Notes under the pieces: generated by a model | The model's database searches: none | Told to the model about the DNA's origin: nothing | What the model saw: only the letters and a program-made list of their open reading frames with translations | Shown: piece by piece, positions 25,871 through 38,970 of the stretch | Position numbering within the stretch: the first letter of the stretch is position 1 | Layout: every line of letters begins with the position of its first letter | Position numbers and translations under genes: made by a program | Assembly (NCBI GenBank): GCA_964019425.1 | Contig: OZ025799.1 | Span: 992,001 to 1,056,000 of the forward strand | DNA: 64,000 nucleotides | Source of the DNA: Flectonema sp. DT1601 | Lineage: Eukaryota | Direction: 5' to 3'

Positions 25871-26270
25871 ATCTCCCTGCTATCCTCATATCCCCACAAT
25901 AATATTATACCTTTTCATTTTCTCTTTCCTTTTCTGGTCTTTTTTTTTTTTTTTTCTTTTTTTCCTTTTTCATACAACGTTTTTTATTTATATTTTATTT
26001 TATTTTTTTTTTTTTTCATGTTTGATTATTTCCTCTTCATATTTTTTTTCTATTCTTTCTTTTTTTTTTTTTTTTTTTCTCTACCTCTCTCTTAATTCTG
26101 TTCGTTTCTTTGAAACGAAAATTCATTTGAATATTATTCCTTGGTCAGCAACCATCATTGTCGCCCTTTGGGCCTGTTAAAAAAAAAAAAAAATAAAAAG
26201 AAAGTTTACATCGGGAATAGGGCAGGAGCCAAAAGCTCCCAGTCCGTTACTTCCCACTTTATCGAAATTC
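25143..26270 (+). mobile_element. Repeat X forward (5'-truncated)
   Basis: Satellite units plus end block 25867-26270. Confidence 0.85.
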
Positions 26271-26673
26271 TTTTAAATCCTTTTAATTATTTTTTAAAGA
26301 AAAAACAATCAGTTTAGCGTCTTGACCAGGACGGAAAATAGAAAGTAATTGACATAGTCGATCGATAAAAAAAAAAAACAATGATAACATTGTTTATTCC
26401 TTTTTTTTTTTTTTTTTTATTCTTTTTATTTATTTTTAAAGAAAAAACAATCAGTTTAGCGTCCTGACCAGGACGGAAATTAGAAAGTGATCGACATAGT
26501 CGATCGATAAAAAAACAATGATAACATTGTTTATTCTTTTTTTTTTTTTTTTTTTTTTGTACCGACGTAGTCGGAGAAGAAACTATTCAGATTGAAAACC
26601 GATTATTTCTTATGGTCATGATTTATTTTCCCCGTGCGACAGGATTTTGTCTGCGTTCAACGAAAAAACAACT

Positions 26674-27714
26674 ATGCCAGGAGTCAACCCAAATACAGTG
26701 CTGCAATTGTCGGCTGGAGCCGGAAGGGGCCAGCCCCAACTAGCACCCCAGTCGGCCGTGGATAACACGGTACTCGTGGCCCAGGCCGCGATAGCCGCCC
26801 ACACCGCCGAGGCACACACGAGGGCGACAGAAGCAGCAGCCGCCGGAGAAATCCGGGCGTTATACGCAGAAGGAAACGCCGCGATTGCGGCGACCAACTC
26901 AGCAGCCTCACAAGCCGTTACTTATGCGCAGGCGGGAAGGGAGATCGAGACGGTACGGGCACAGGCGGGTGTGGCCGTGACCCAGGCGATGGCAGGGAGA
27001 GAGGTCGACCACGCCAGAGCCCAGGCGGGGGTAGCGGTGACGGAGGCCCAAGCCGGACGGCAGGTAGATGCAGCCCGCGCCCAGTGTGGACTGATGGTGA
27101 ACGAAGCGGAGGTGGCAGTGAGGACAGCCCAGTTAGAGGCCAAGCACGAGAAGGAGTTGGCTGGATTACGAGCCCAGCTAGAGCTGGAGAGACGTACAGC
27201 GAAGCTGACCGCACCGGCACCAGCACCAGCACCAGCACCATTACCTGCACCGACACAGGCACAAGCTCCCGGAATCGAAGAGGAGGATCTGGCTTCACTG
27301 CGTCGGCAGATACGCCACGAGGAGGAGAAGAGAGTGTTGCAGGATCAGTTGCTGAATCTAAGGACGGGAAACGATGGAGCCCACCTGACCGGCGGAGTGG
27401 GTTCCGATCATCAGCTGGAAGAAATCACCAGGGGACCGCTGATGGGCGGTCTGGCGTCAATCGACGTGGACGCCTGGTGGGAAGGAAGCGCCGAGCACTT
27501 ATCGTTAGTGCACGTCCACCAGCGGGAACACTACCGCGAGCTGGTGGAGGCAAAAGCAGGAGCCCACGCCCGTCCCCAAGCGCACGAAGCACACGCCAGA
27601 TTGCGAGAGCTCGGAATAGTGATGGCAAGGTTACCCTCCATCGACAACCTGGAAGAAGCGGAACGACTCATCAGGGACATACAGAGGCCCCCCGCAACGA
27701 AGAGTCGGCACTGA
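26674..27714 (+). CDS. Ala-rich coiled-coil ORF in a GC-rich island, probable retroelement ORF1/gag-like
   Basis: Intact frame from ATG 26674 with three ~18-aa AQAGR.V...RAQAGVAVT repeats. Sharp GC island at about 26558-27970. Confidence 0.6.
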   Translation: MPGVNPNTVLQLSAGAGRGQPQLAPQSAVDNTVLVAQAAIAAHTAEAHTRATEAAAAGEIRALYAEGNAAIAATNSAASQAVTYAQAGREIETVRAQAGVAVTQAMAGREVDHARAQAGVAVTEAQAGRQVDAARAQCGLMVNEAEVAVRTAQLEAKHEKELAGLRAQLELERRTAKLTAPAPAPAPAPLPAPTQAQAPGIEEEDLASLRRQIRHEEEKRVLQDQLLNLRTGNDGAHLTGGVGSDHQLEEITRGPLMGGLASIDVDAWWEGSAEHLSLVHVHQREHYRELVEAKAGAHARPQAHEAHARLRELGIVMARLPSIDNLEEAERLIRDIQRPPATKSRH

Positions 27715-27970
27715 CCTCAATGCTAGAGGGACTGGAATATTGTCGGTGCGAGACGTGGGTCGACCGAGAATGACGGAGGAGGAGGTGACGAAGCCGAAGG
27801 CGATGACTGTGACGAAGTCGGCTCTTCAGATGGTGGGAAATGCACTATCACACTCGAGGTGACGCGGGCTGGAGGCGGCACAGCGTCGGCTGATTCAGTT
27901 TCGGAACAGTTGGCACGCGACGACGGGAGTCTTGTTGTCGTGGGATCTGGCGATCATTTACTGGGTTAGC

Positions 27971-29116
27971 GTCCTGGTCAAGACGCTAAACTGATTGTTT
28001 TTTCTTTAAAAAATAATAAGAAGGATTTAAAAAAAAAAAAAAAAAAATAAAAAAAAGAATAAACAATGTTATCATTGTTTTTTTATCGTTCGACTTTGTC
28101 GACTAATTTCTATTTTCCGGTTTATTTTCTTAAAAAATAAATAAAAAGAATTTAAAAAAAAAAAAAAAAAAAAAGAATAAACAATGTTATCATTGTTTTT
28201 TTATCGATCGACTATGTCGATTACTTTCTATTTTCCGTCCTGGTCAAGACGCTAAACTGATTGTTTTTTTTTTTTCAAAATTAATAAAAAAGAATATGAA
28301 AAAAAAAATAAAAAAAAGAATAAACAATGTTATCATTGTTTTTTTATCGTTCGACTTTGTCGACTAATTTCTATTTTCCGTTTTTTTTCTTAAAAAATAA
28401 ATAAAAAGAATTTAAAAAAAAAAAAAAAAAAAAAGAATAAACAATGTTATCATTGTTTTTTTATCGATCGACTTTGTCGACTAATTTCTATTTTCCGTCC
28501 TGGTCAAGACGCTAAACTGATTGTTTTTTCTAAATAAATAAAAAGAATAAAAAAAAAAAAAAAAAAAAAAAGATTAAACAATGTTATCATTGTTTTTTTT
28601 TATCGATCGACTATGTCGATTACTTTCTATTTTCCGTCCTGGTCAGGACGCTAAACTGATTGTTTTTTCTTTAAAAAATAAATAAAAAGAATAAAAAAAA
28701 AAAAAAAAAAAAAAAGAATAAACAATGTTATCATTGTTTTGTTATCGATCGACTTTGTCGACTAATTTCTATTTTCCGTCCTGGTCAAGACGCTAAACTG
28801 ATTGTTTTTTCTTTAAAAAAATAAATAAAAAGAATAAAAAAAAAAAAAACAAAAAAAAAAGAATAAACAATGTTATCATTGTTTTTTTATCGATCGACTA
28901 TGTCGATCACTTTCTATTTCCCGTCCTGGTCAGGACGCTAAACTGATTATTTTTTCTTTAAAAATAAATAAAAAGAATAAAAAAAAAAAAAAAAAAAGGA
29001 ATAAACAATGTTATCATTGTTTTTATTTTATCGATCGACTATGTCGATTACTTTCTATTTTCCGTCCTGGTCAAGACGCTAAACTGATTGTTTTTTCTTT
29101 AAAAAATAATAAGAAG

Positions 29117-29150
<34 letters not shown>

Positions 29151-30504
29151 AATAAACAATGTTATCATTGTTTTTTTATCGATCGACTATGTCGATCACT
29201 TTCTATTTTTCGTCCTGGTCAAGACGCTAAACTGATTGTTTTTTCTTTAAAAATAATAAAAAGGATTTAAAAAAAAAAAAAAAAAAAAAAAAAGAATAAA
29301 CAATGTTATCATTGTTTTTTTTTATCGATCGACTATGTCGATCACTTTCTATTTTCCGTCCTGGTCAAGACGCTAAACTGATTGTTTTTTTTTCAAAATT
29401 AATAAAAAAGAATATAAAAAAAATAAAAAAAAAAGAATAACAATGTTATCATTGTTTTTTTTTTTATCGTTCGACTTTGTTGACTAATTTCTATTTTCCG
29501 TTTTTTTTCTTTAAAAAATAAATAAAAAGAATTTAAAAAAAAAAAAAAAAAAAAAAAGAATAAACAATGTTATCATTGTTTTTTTTTCATCGATCGACTA
29601 TGTCGATTACTTTCTATTTTCCGTCCTGGTCAAGACGCTAAACTGATTGTTTTTTTTTCAAAATTAATAAAAAAGAATATGAAAAAAAACAAAAACAAAA
29701 AGAATAAACAATGTTATCATTGTTGTTTTTTATCGTTCGACTTTGTCGACTAATTTTTATTTTCCGTTTTTTTTTCTTTAAAAATAAATAAAAAGAATTT
29801 AAAAAAAAAAAAAAAAAGAATAAACAATGTTATCATTGTTTTTTTATCGATCGACTATGTCGATCACTTTCTATTTTCCGTCCTGGTCAAGACGCTAAAC
29901 TGATTGTTTTTTCTTTAAAATAATAAAAAGGATTAAAAAAAAAAAAAAAAAAAAAAAGAATAAACAATGTTATCATTGTTTTTTATCGATCGACTATGTC
30001 GATCACTTTCTATTTTCCGTCCTGGTCAAGACGCTAAACTGATTGTTTTTTCTTTAAAAAATAATTAAAAGGTTAAAAAAAAAAAAAAAAAAAAAAAAAT
30101 GATTAATCAATGTTATCATTGTTTTTTTATCGATCGACTATGTCGATCACTTTCAATTTTCCGTCCTGGTCAAGACGCTAAACTGATTGTTTTTTCTTTA
30201 AAAAATAATTAAAAGGTTAAAAAAAAAAAAAAAAAAAAAAAAATGATTAATCAATGTTATCATTGTTTTTTTATCGATCGACTATGTCGATCACTTTCAA
30301 TTTTCCGTCCTGGTCAGGACGCTAAACTGATTGTTGTTTTTTCTTTAAAATAATTAAAAGGATTTAAAAAAAAAAAAAAAAAAAAAAAAGAATAAACAAT
30401 GTTATCATTGTTTTTTTTTCTATCGATCGACTATGTCGATTAATTTCTATTTTCCGTCCCGATCGAGACGCTAAACTGATTGTTTCCTTTTTTTTAAATA
30501 ATAA

Positions 30505-30539
<35 letters not shown>

Positions 30540-30720
30540 ATCTCCCTGCTATCCTCATATCCCCACAATAATATTATACCTTTTCATTTTCTCTTTCCTT
30601 TTCTGGTCTTTTTTTTTTTTTTTTTTCTTTTTTTTCCTTTTTCATACAACGTTTTTTATTTATATTTTTTTTTTTTTTTTTATTTTTTTCATGTTTGATT
30701 ATTTCCTCTTCATATTTTTT

Positions 30721-30751
<31 letters not shown>

Positions 30752-31092
30752 CTCTGCCTCTCTCTTAATTCTGTTCGTTTCTTTGAAACGAAAATTCATT
30801 TGAATATTATTCCTTGGTCAGCAACAGTCATTGTCGCCCTCTGGGCCTGTTAAAAAAAAAAAAAAAAAATAAAAAGAAAGTTTACATCGGGAATAGGGCA
30901 GGAGCCAAAAGCTCCCAGTCCGTTACTTCCCACTCTATCGAAAATGAAAAGAATAAAAAAAAAAAAAAAAAAAAAGGAATAAACAATGTTATCATTGTTT
31001 TTTTTTTATCGATCAACTATGTCGATTACTTTCTATTTTCCGTCCTGGTCAAGACGCTAAACTGATTGTTTTTTCTTTAAAATAATTAAAAG

Positions 31093-31125
<33 letters not shown>

Positions 31126-31666
31126 ATAAACAATGTTATCATTGTTTTTTTTCTATCGATCAACTATGTCGATTAATTTCTATTTTCCGTCCTGATCGAG
31201 ACGCTAAACTGATTGTTTCCTTTTTTTAAATAATAAATAAAAAAAAAAAAAAAAAAAAAAAAAGAGCATCTCCCTGCTATCCTCATATCCCCACAATAAT
31301 ATTATACCTTATCATTTTCTCTTTCCTTTTCTGGTCTTTTTTTTTCTTTTTTTCCTTTTTCAAACAACGTTTTTTATTTATATATTTTTTTTTTTTTTTT
31401 TTTTTTCATGTTTGATTATTTCCTCTTCATATTTTTTTTTTCTATTCTTTCTTTTTTTTTTTTTTTTTTTCTCTGCCTCTCTCTCAATTCTGTTCGTTTC
31501 TTTGAAACGAAAATTCATTTGAATATTATTCCTTGTTCAGCAACCATCATTGTCGCCCTTTGGGCCTGTTAAAAAAAAAAAAAAAAAAATAAAAAGAAAG
31601 TTTACATCGGGAATAGGGCAGGAGCCAAAAGCTCCCAGTCCGTTACTTCCCACTTTATCGAAATTC
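27971..31666 (+). mobile_element. Two head-to-tail repeat X copies
   Basis: End blocks at 30536-30943 and 31264-31666. Confidence 0.85.
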
Positions 31667-31845
31667 TTGATGCCAAGACTGACAAGGACTGAGTTGAATT
31701 TACCAGGTGAGATTTGGACTGTTAGCTTTTGGCTAAGGCCCTCCCTGAAGAGCAAGAACAAAAAAACTACTCACACCTGAAGAAAACATACACAAAGAAC
31801 ACACTGTAAGCTGTGTGTATTTTGTGTTTGTCACAACAGGAGAGG
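31667..31845 (-). repeat. Repeat B fragment
   Basis: Reverse complement of about 20165-20343. Confidence 0.85.
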
Positions 31846-32036
31846 AATTTCGATATAGTGGGAAGTAACGGACTGGGAGCTTTTGGCTCCTGCCCTATTC
31901 CCGATGTAAACTTTCTTTTTATTTTTTATTTTTTTTAACAGGCCCAAAGGGCGACAATGATGGTTGCTGACCAAGGAATAACATTCAAATGAATTTTCGT
32001 TTCAAAGAAACGAACAGAATTAAGAGAGAGGCAGAG

Positions 32037-32067
<31 letters not shown>

Positions 32068-35037
32068 AAAAAAAAATATGAAGAGGAAATAATCAAACAT
32101 GAAAAAAATAAAAAAAAAAATAAAATATAAATAAAAAACGTTGTATGAAAAAGGAAAAAAAAGAAAGAAAAAAAAAAAAAAAAAAAAAAAAGACCAGAAA
32201 AGGAAAGAGAAAATGAAAAGGTATAATATTATTGTGGGTATATGAGGATAACAGGGAGATGCTCTTTTTTTTTTTTTTTTTTATATTTATTATTTAAAAA
32301 AAGGAAACAATCAGTTTAGCGTCTCGATCGGGACGGAAAATAGAAATTAATCGACATAGTCGATCGATAGAAAAAAAAACAATGATAACATTGTTTATTC
32401 TTTTTTTTTTTTTTTTTTTTTTTAAATCCTTTTAATTATTTTAAAGAAAAAACAATCAGTTTAGCGTCTTGACCAGGACGGAAAATAGAAAGTGATCGAC
32501 ATAGTCGATCGATAAAAAAACAATGATAACATTGTTTATTCCTTTTTTTTTTTTTTTTTTTAATTCTTTTCATTTATTTTTTAAAGAAAAAAAAACGGAA
32601 AATAAAAATTAGTCGACAAAGTCGAACGATAAAAAAAAACAATGATAACATTGTTTATTCTTTTTTTTTTTGTTTTTTTTTTCTATTCTTTTTTATTAAT
32701 TTTGAAAAAAAAAGCAATCAGTTTAGCGTCTTGACCAGGACGGAAAATAGAAAGTAATCGACATAGTCGATCGATAAAAAAACAATGATAACATTGTTTA
32801 ATCTTTTTTTTTATTTTAAATTCTTTTTATTTATTTTTTAAAGAAAAAAAAACGGAAAATAGAAATTAGTCGACAAAGTCGAACGATAAAAAAAACAATG
32901 ATAACATTGTTTATTCTTTTTTTTTTTTTTTTTATTCTTTTTTATTAATTTTGAAAAAAAAAAACAATCAGTTTAGCGTCTTGACCAGGACAGAAAATAG
33001 AAAGTGATCGACATAGTCGATCGATAAGAAAACAATGATAACATTGTTTATTCTTTTTTTTTATTTTAAATTCTTTTTATTTATTTTTTAAAGAAAAAAA
33101 ACGGAAAATAGAAATTAGTCGACAAAGTCGAACGATAAAAAAAAACAATGATAACATTGTTTATTCTTTTTTTTGTATTTTTTTTATATTCTTTTTTATT
33201 AATTTTGAAAAAAAAAAAAAAACAATCAGTTTAGCGTCTTGACCAGGACGGAAAATAGAAAGTGATCGACATAGTCGATCGATAAAAAAAACAATGATAA
33301 TATTGTTTATTCTTTTTTTTTTTTTTTTTTTAAATTCTTTTTATTTATTTTTGGGAAAACCTCTAATTCCACGTAAATGTTACTGAAATGTCCGATTTCA
33401 ACATGAAAGTTTCCGAAACGGACAGCTCCACACAAAAAAGTTTCCGAAATGGACAGCTCCACACAAAATAGTTTCCGAAATGGACAGCTCCACACACGAA
33501 AGTTTCCGAAATGGACAGCAAAAAAAAAAATTTTTTTTTTGTTGGCAAAATGAATTTTTTTTTTTTTTTTTCTCCGTTGCCTGCACCCAAAAAAACTTTT
33601 CGCTAGTGAACAACTTTTTTTTTCCCGCATAAAATTGCTATGGTAGGTAATTTCATTTTCGCTGTTCAGTAAACGGAAAGGTTTTTCTTTCGCTATTCAC
33701 TGAAAGTGATATTCGGATTTTTCGCTGTTCGGTAAGAAAACAAGGTTTTTCTTCGTTCCCAAATACACCGGGATGGCCGAGATGGGTTGGTTCTCAATGA
33801 GGGAAGGAGTAATTTAAGGTAAAGCAAGTGCTGTAATTACAACTAATACGTGCAGGGCCTGAATCAACCTCTTAGTACTCCCTTTTCAACAGGTGACATA
33901 ATAATATATACTAGTAGCTCGCTAATCAAGTGAAAGTCAGTAGCGGAGTAGTTCGGCTGATTGAATCTTTAGAAAAGTGTTCCGTGGGCTACTTTCACAG
34001 AAACTCCGAAAGGACAGTACTGTGTGGCTCAGTGAGGTGATCTCAGACTTGAGAACACTAAATGGTTTCGCCACTCCACAGCTATTCATGTCAAGCCCTA
34101 GGCCGCTGATCATGTACACTTGGTTTTTGCGCTCTCATACCTCATCTTGGTTGGTACGACGTGTAGCGGAGACTTGTCTCTGCGTAGGTGACCCGGCCCT
34201 GCACACATACCGAGCTGTATCACTCTTCTAAAGATTCATGATGTTGGATTTCTCTTGTCTCCTATCTGACGCTTGTGATGCACCTCTAGTATTTTAATAC
34301 ACTCTGAATTCTCATGGTTGTATGAGCTGACAAGTCGGGTGTCTCTACCCGAAATTCGTCCATCCCTATACCTGGCCCTGCACACATACCGAGCTATGCC
34401 GATCCAGGGGCGCAGTCAGGCCTAGGCCCAGGTCACACAGGTTCGGTGTATTTCACTCATCTCGTCGGATGGCCTTGCTTTACGTAGGAAAAAAAATTTT
34501 TTTTGGGAGAAAAAAAAATCCCCATGACTTTGGGCGACCCCGAAATGCACTGGCAGTAAGCTATAAAAAAAAAAAAAACAGCTGTCCATTTCGGAAACTT
34601 TCGTGTGTGGAGCTGTCCGTTTCGGAAACTATTTTGTGTGGAGCTGTCCATTTCGGAAACTTTTTTGTGTGGAGCTGTCCATTTCGGAAACTTTCATGTT
34701 GAGATCGGACATTTCAGAAACTTTTTTGTGGAATTATAGTTTTTCCCTTTATTTTTTAAAGAAAAAAAGGAAAATAGAAAATAGTCAACAAAGTCGAACG
34801 ATAAAAAAAACAATGATAACATTGTTTATTCTATTTTTTTATTTTATTTTTTTTTCTATTCTTTTTTATTAATTTTGAAAAAAAAAACAATCAGTTTAGC
34901 GTCTTGACCAGGACGGAAAATAGAAAGTAATCGACATAGTCGATCGATAAAAAAAACAATGATAACATTGTTTATTCTTTTTTTTTTTTTTTTTAAATTC
35001 TTTTTTATTTATTTTTTAAAAAGAAAAAAAACGGAAA
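31846..35037 (-). mobile_element. Repeat X reverse copy, interrupted by a MULE-like element
   Basis: Reverse end block 31846-32263, then reverse satellite units. Confidence 0.85.
33353..34747. mobile_element. Non-autonomous Mutator-like element with ~170-bp TIRs
   Basis: Ends gggaaaac..taattccac / gtggaatta..ttttccc. The TIRs hold ~30-bp repeats gtttccgaaatggacagctccacac. 9-bp TSD tttattttt. Confidence 0.88.
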
Positions 35038-36803
35038 CTTTTACTCTAATATAAAATATTTTTGAACAAAATGTGATTATTAATTTAAAAAAAAAAAAAA
35101 AAATAATGTAAATGAATAATAAAAAAAAAAAAAAAAAAAACATGCCTTGGGAATACAACCAAAGCCCCAATTAATCGGTCCTTTCTTTTTTCCTTCTTGT
35201 CGAGTGATCGCTCCACTCGTCGATCACCAAAACCGATTGTATTTATATCTGTTCTTTTCTCAACGATCGGCTATACCGATCATTTTTTTTAAAATAATTG
35301 TTTTCTTCTTCTCGACGATCAGATCCAATTGATCGACCTTTTTTTTTTTTTTTTTTTTTTCCTTTATTCTTTCCATCCCTCCCGCTCCCCTTATTTTAAT
35401 AAAAACAAGATCAGCTCAGCTTGATCGTTAATCTTTTTTTTTTTTTTTTTTTAAATTTAAACTGATTGTATTTATATCTGGTTATTTTTTCTCAACGATC
35501 GGCTATGCCGATCGACCTTTAAAATAATTGTCTTCTTCTTCTCGACGATCAGATCCAATTGATCGACCTTTTCTTTTTTTTTCCTTTATTCCTCCCATCC
35601 CTCCCGCTCCCCTTATTTTAATAAAAACAAGATCAGCTCAGCTTGATCGTTAATCTTTTTTTTTTTTTTAAATTTAAACTGATTGTATTTATATCTGGTT
35701 ATTTTTCTCAACGATCGGCTATGCCGATCGACCTTTAAAATAATTGTCTTCTTCTTCTCGACGATCAGATCCAATTGATCGACCTTTTTTTTTTTCCTTT
35801 ATTCCTTCCATCCCTCCCGCTCCCCTTATTTTAATAAAAGCAAGATCAGCTCAGCTTGATCGTTATTTATTTATTTATATTTTTTTTTTTTTTTGTTGGT
35901 CCTAGTCAAGACCTTAAACTGACTAATCGGTCTTAACTTTAACTAAGTGAATGAACCCTTCCCGTTTTCCTTTTCCCTTTATTACTCTCTATCTGGTCTG
36001 TTATGTCATAAATCTCATTTAATTTTATCATTCATTTTAATTTTCACTGTTTCCCATCTACATTTTATTTTCAAATAGTTCCGGTCTGTCTTTAATGTTA
36101 AATAAAACTGATCATGTTAACTCAATATTTTTTTTTTTATGTGCAAGAGATACCAACACGCAAGAGATACCAACGCACATACGAGATACCAGCACTTCCG
36201 AGATACCGACACACAAGAGATACCAAGACACTTAAGATACCAGCAAGGACAATGAGAGGTAGAATGAACTCTCCTCCTTGTGTCCGATCCTGATTATTTT
36301 TTGTTGAATTGGTAGTGTTACCTCAGTTTGCGACTCTCGTATCTGTGTTGTGTTAACTCATGTAAGTGATCTTAACTCCTGTTAAAAAATAAATAAAAAG
36401 AATTTAAAATAAAAAAAAAAGAATAAACAATGTTATCATTGTTTTTTTTATCGTTCGACTTTGTCGACTAATTTCTATTTTCAGTTTTTTTCTTTAAAAA
36501 ATAAATAAAAAGAATTTAAAATAAAAAAAAAGAATAAACAATGTTATCATTGTTTTTTTTATCGATCGACTATGTCGATTACTTTCTATTTTCCGTCCTG
36601 GTCAAGACGCTAAACTGATTGTTTTTTTTTTTTTCAAAATTAATAAAAAAGAATAAAAAAAAAAATAAAAAAAAAGAATAAACAATGTTATCATTGTTTT
36701 TTTTATCGTTCGACTTTGTCGACTAATTTCTATTTTCCGTTTTTTTTTCTTTAAAAAATAAATAAAAAGAATTTAAAATAAATAAAAAGAATAAACAATG
36801 TTA
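35038..36803 (+). repeat. Repeat X block A running into satellite units
   Basis: Shows the continuous order block A, gagatacc repeats, satellite. Confidence 0.88.
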
Positions 36804-36814
36804 TGATGATTATT

Positions 36815-37575
36815 CCCTGTTGTACTTGCTCACTATGGGGGGTGATGCCAAACACCCAGAAGTACTAAACTGCTTTCCTTCTTGCTGCCCAGGAGTTTCT
36901 GACCAGAACTAATAGAAAATAAAAAGTAGATGGGAAACAATAAAAAGTAAAATGGATATAACTGAAGTTAAACAAGACAAATGAAGTAACAGACCAGAAC
37001 AGAAAGAGGATTGTAATAGAAGATTACAAATAAAAAAATGCAAGTATCAACACATAATCAAGATACACCAGCAGCTAACAAACAACATAAAATTGAAAAT
37101 CAGTTGCCAGAGTATTTCAACCATGGTATAATACTCGCCCCTCTGGCAGGGATTATCCCAGACTTGTCCTTTAATTTAGTTGGACACCATGGCTTACAAC
37201 CCTTCCAGAGGGAAGCACCATTATGACTTCTATTTTTTTTCTTCAAGAAAATCATAAGGTGGGAACAAAGAAAAATGCTAAGAGGAACCCCTTATTAACA
37301 CCTAAGACATCTAAACTGCAGCCCAGCTTATGCCCAATGCACTAACAGGTCATTCCCTCACACTCAGATCAAAAAATCAAAGTTCAGAGTGCATCTTAGC
37401 ATGAATGAGAGAAATTTCTCATCGCTTTTTTTGAACAAAAGGGATAGAAGAGGGGATAGAAAACGAACATAACAATAAAATTCTAAGTGAGAAACACTTA
37501 GCAGAAACACTTAGCAGCTTTTAAGGAGCTGAAAAGCAAAAAAAAAAATCTAAGTGAGAAACACTTAGTAGAAAC
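36815..37575 (-). repeat. Repeat B, diverged reverse copy
   Basis: Reverse complement of about 21460-22245. Confidence 0.88.
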
Positions 37576-37576
37576 A

Positions 37577-38970
37577 ATGCCTCTACCAGATTGCAGCAAA
37601 TCGTCTGAACACCTGGCAGCCTGTGTCTTATGCAATCTGCGGGAACTGAAGCGTTCAGGGTCTGGTTCCGCTGCGAAGAAACTATGGGAGTGGGTGAAAC
37701 CACGCTGCGGACCAGGACAATCAGAAGCTGAACACGCACTGTCAGAGCTGCTCGAAGCAATCGAGGAGATGGGAGCACCACCAGTCGACTTCATGTCCAC
37801 TGTAACGCAGACCCGCACGTGTCGAGTCTGTGAAGACACACACACGAAACGGAATAGAACACCCATCCTCCAACTGAACCCTGGCCAAACGCCAGCCACA
37901 GCCTGTGCTACAACGTCGACCAGCCCGGCGGACTTTGTCTGCCCGATTTGCAAGTCGAGCTTAGCGACGGTCACTACATCGGTAGACGAGTTAGCCCGAT
38001 CACTGTTCTTTGGATTCAACAAGGGACATTTCGGAGATCCCGAAGCCGAAGAAAAGGTCAGCATACCGGCATCCTTCGTAGACACTTCGAGCCGCCTGTA
38101 CGCCCTGACTGGAGTGATCCAACACACCAGACACAGCGAGTCTTCGGGACATTATGTATCGTACACGAGAAACGGAAGGGGGGGATGGCTGATTCAGGAT
38201 GACTCGACCGAAAGAATTTACACATCGGAAGTCACCCAACTGAGTCCCTGTGTCACCCTGTACTTGAGACGAGAACAACCTTCCTCCTGCGCACCGAAAT
38301 CAAGATGGAAACCAGCACCCTTTGACAGGAAACCAACCTTCTACTACGGAGTCGCGGAAGGCAGATCCCCAGGAGTGTACACCACGTGGGAGGAAACGAA
38401 GAGGGAGGTGTCCAACTATAGGGGCGCCGTCCACAAAAGATTCGTCCTGCGGAGTCAGCCCAGCGATTCGTGGAGAGATACAACCCTCCGAAAGGGGGAC
38501 CTGTAGTCACACCACCGCCAGGTGACAAATGGTACGCAGTGGTCAGGGGCCGAAAGACGGGTCTGTACGACTGCTGGCGGGAAGCGAGCTCGATGGTGAA
38601 CGGGTACAGCAAAAACCAGTACAAGGCCTTCGACTCGCGGGAAGAAGCCTCTCTGTATTGGTGGGACCACATGGCAGGAGGACCCCAGCAGGACTCTCCT
38701 TGCATGTGCCTTTTCTTCGCCAGTCACAAGAACTCGGCCACCGGGAAGACGGGAGCGGCTGCCTGCCTGTAAGACACGCTCCTACACAAACTGACGGCTA
38801 GCTGGGTCGCGACACTCGACACCGCAGACCTCGGATCGGCCTCTTACTACGCTGCCCTCAAGGGAATCCAGGAGGTGAGTCAGCGGAATAGGAACACCAC
38901 CTGGAGCTGCAGAGGAGACATGAGCGCATGCAGCGTGACGTCACGGACGAGACTTGTTGGAGCTGTACCG
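37577..38970 (+). pseudogene. Disrupted ORF: USP(C19)-like His-box, two RNase H1 hybrid-binding domains, RNase H-like segment
   Basis: LYALTGVIQH..SGHYVSY..W...DDS; YYGVAEGRSPGVYTTWEE..V..Y.GA.HKRF; WYAVVRGRKTGLY..W.E....V.GY....YKAF. Frameshift near 38445 and stop at 38770-72. Confidence 0.75.
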
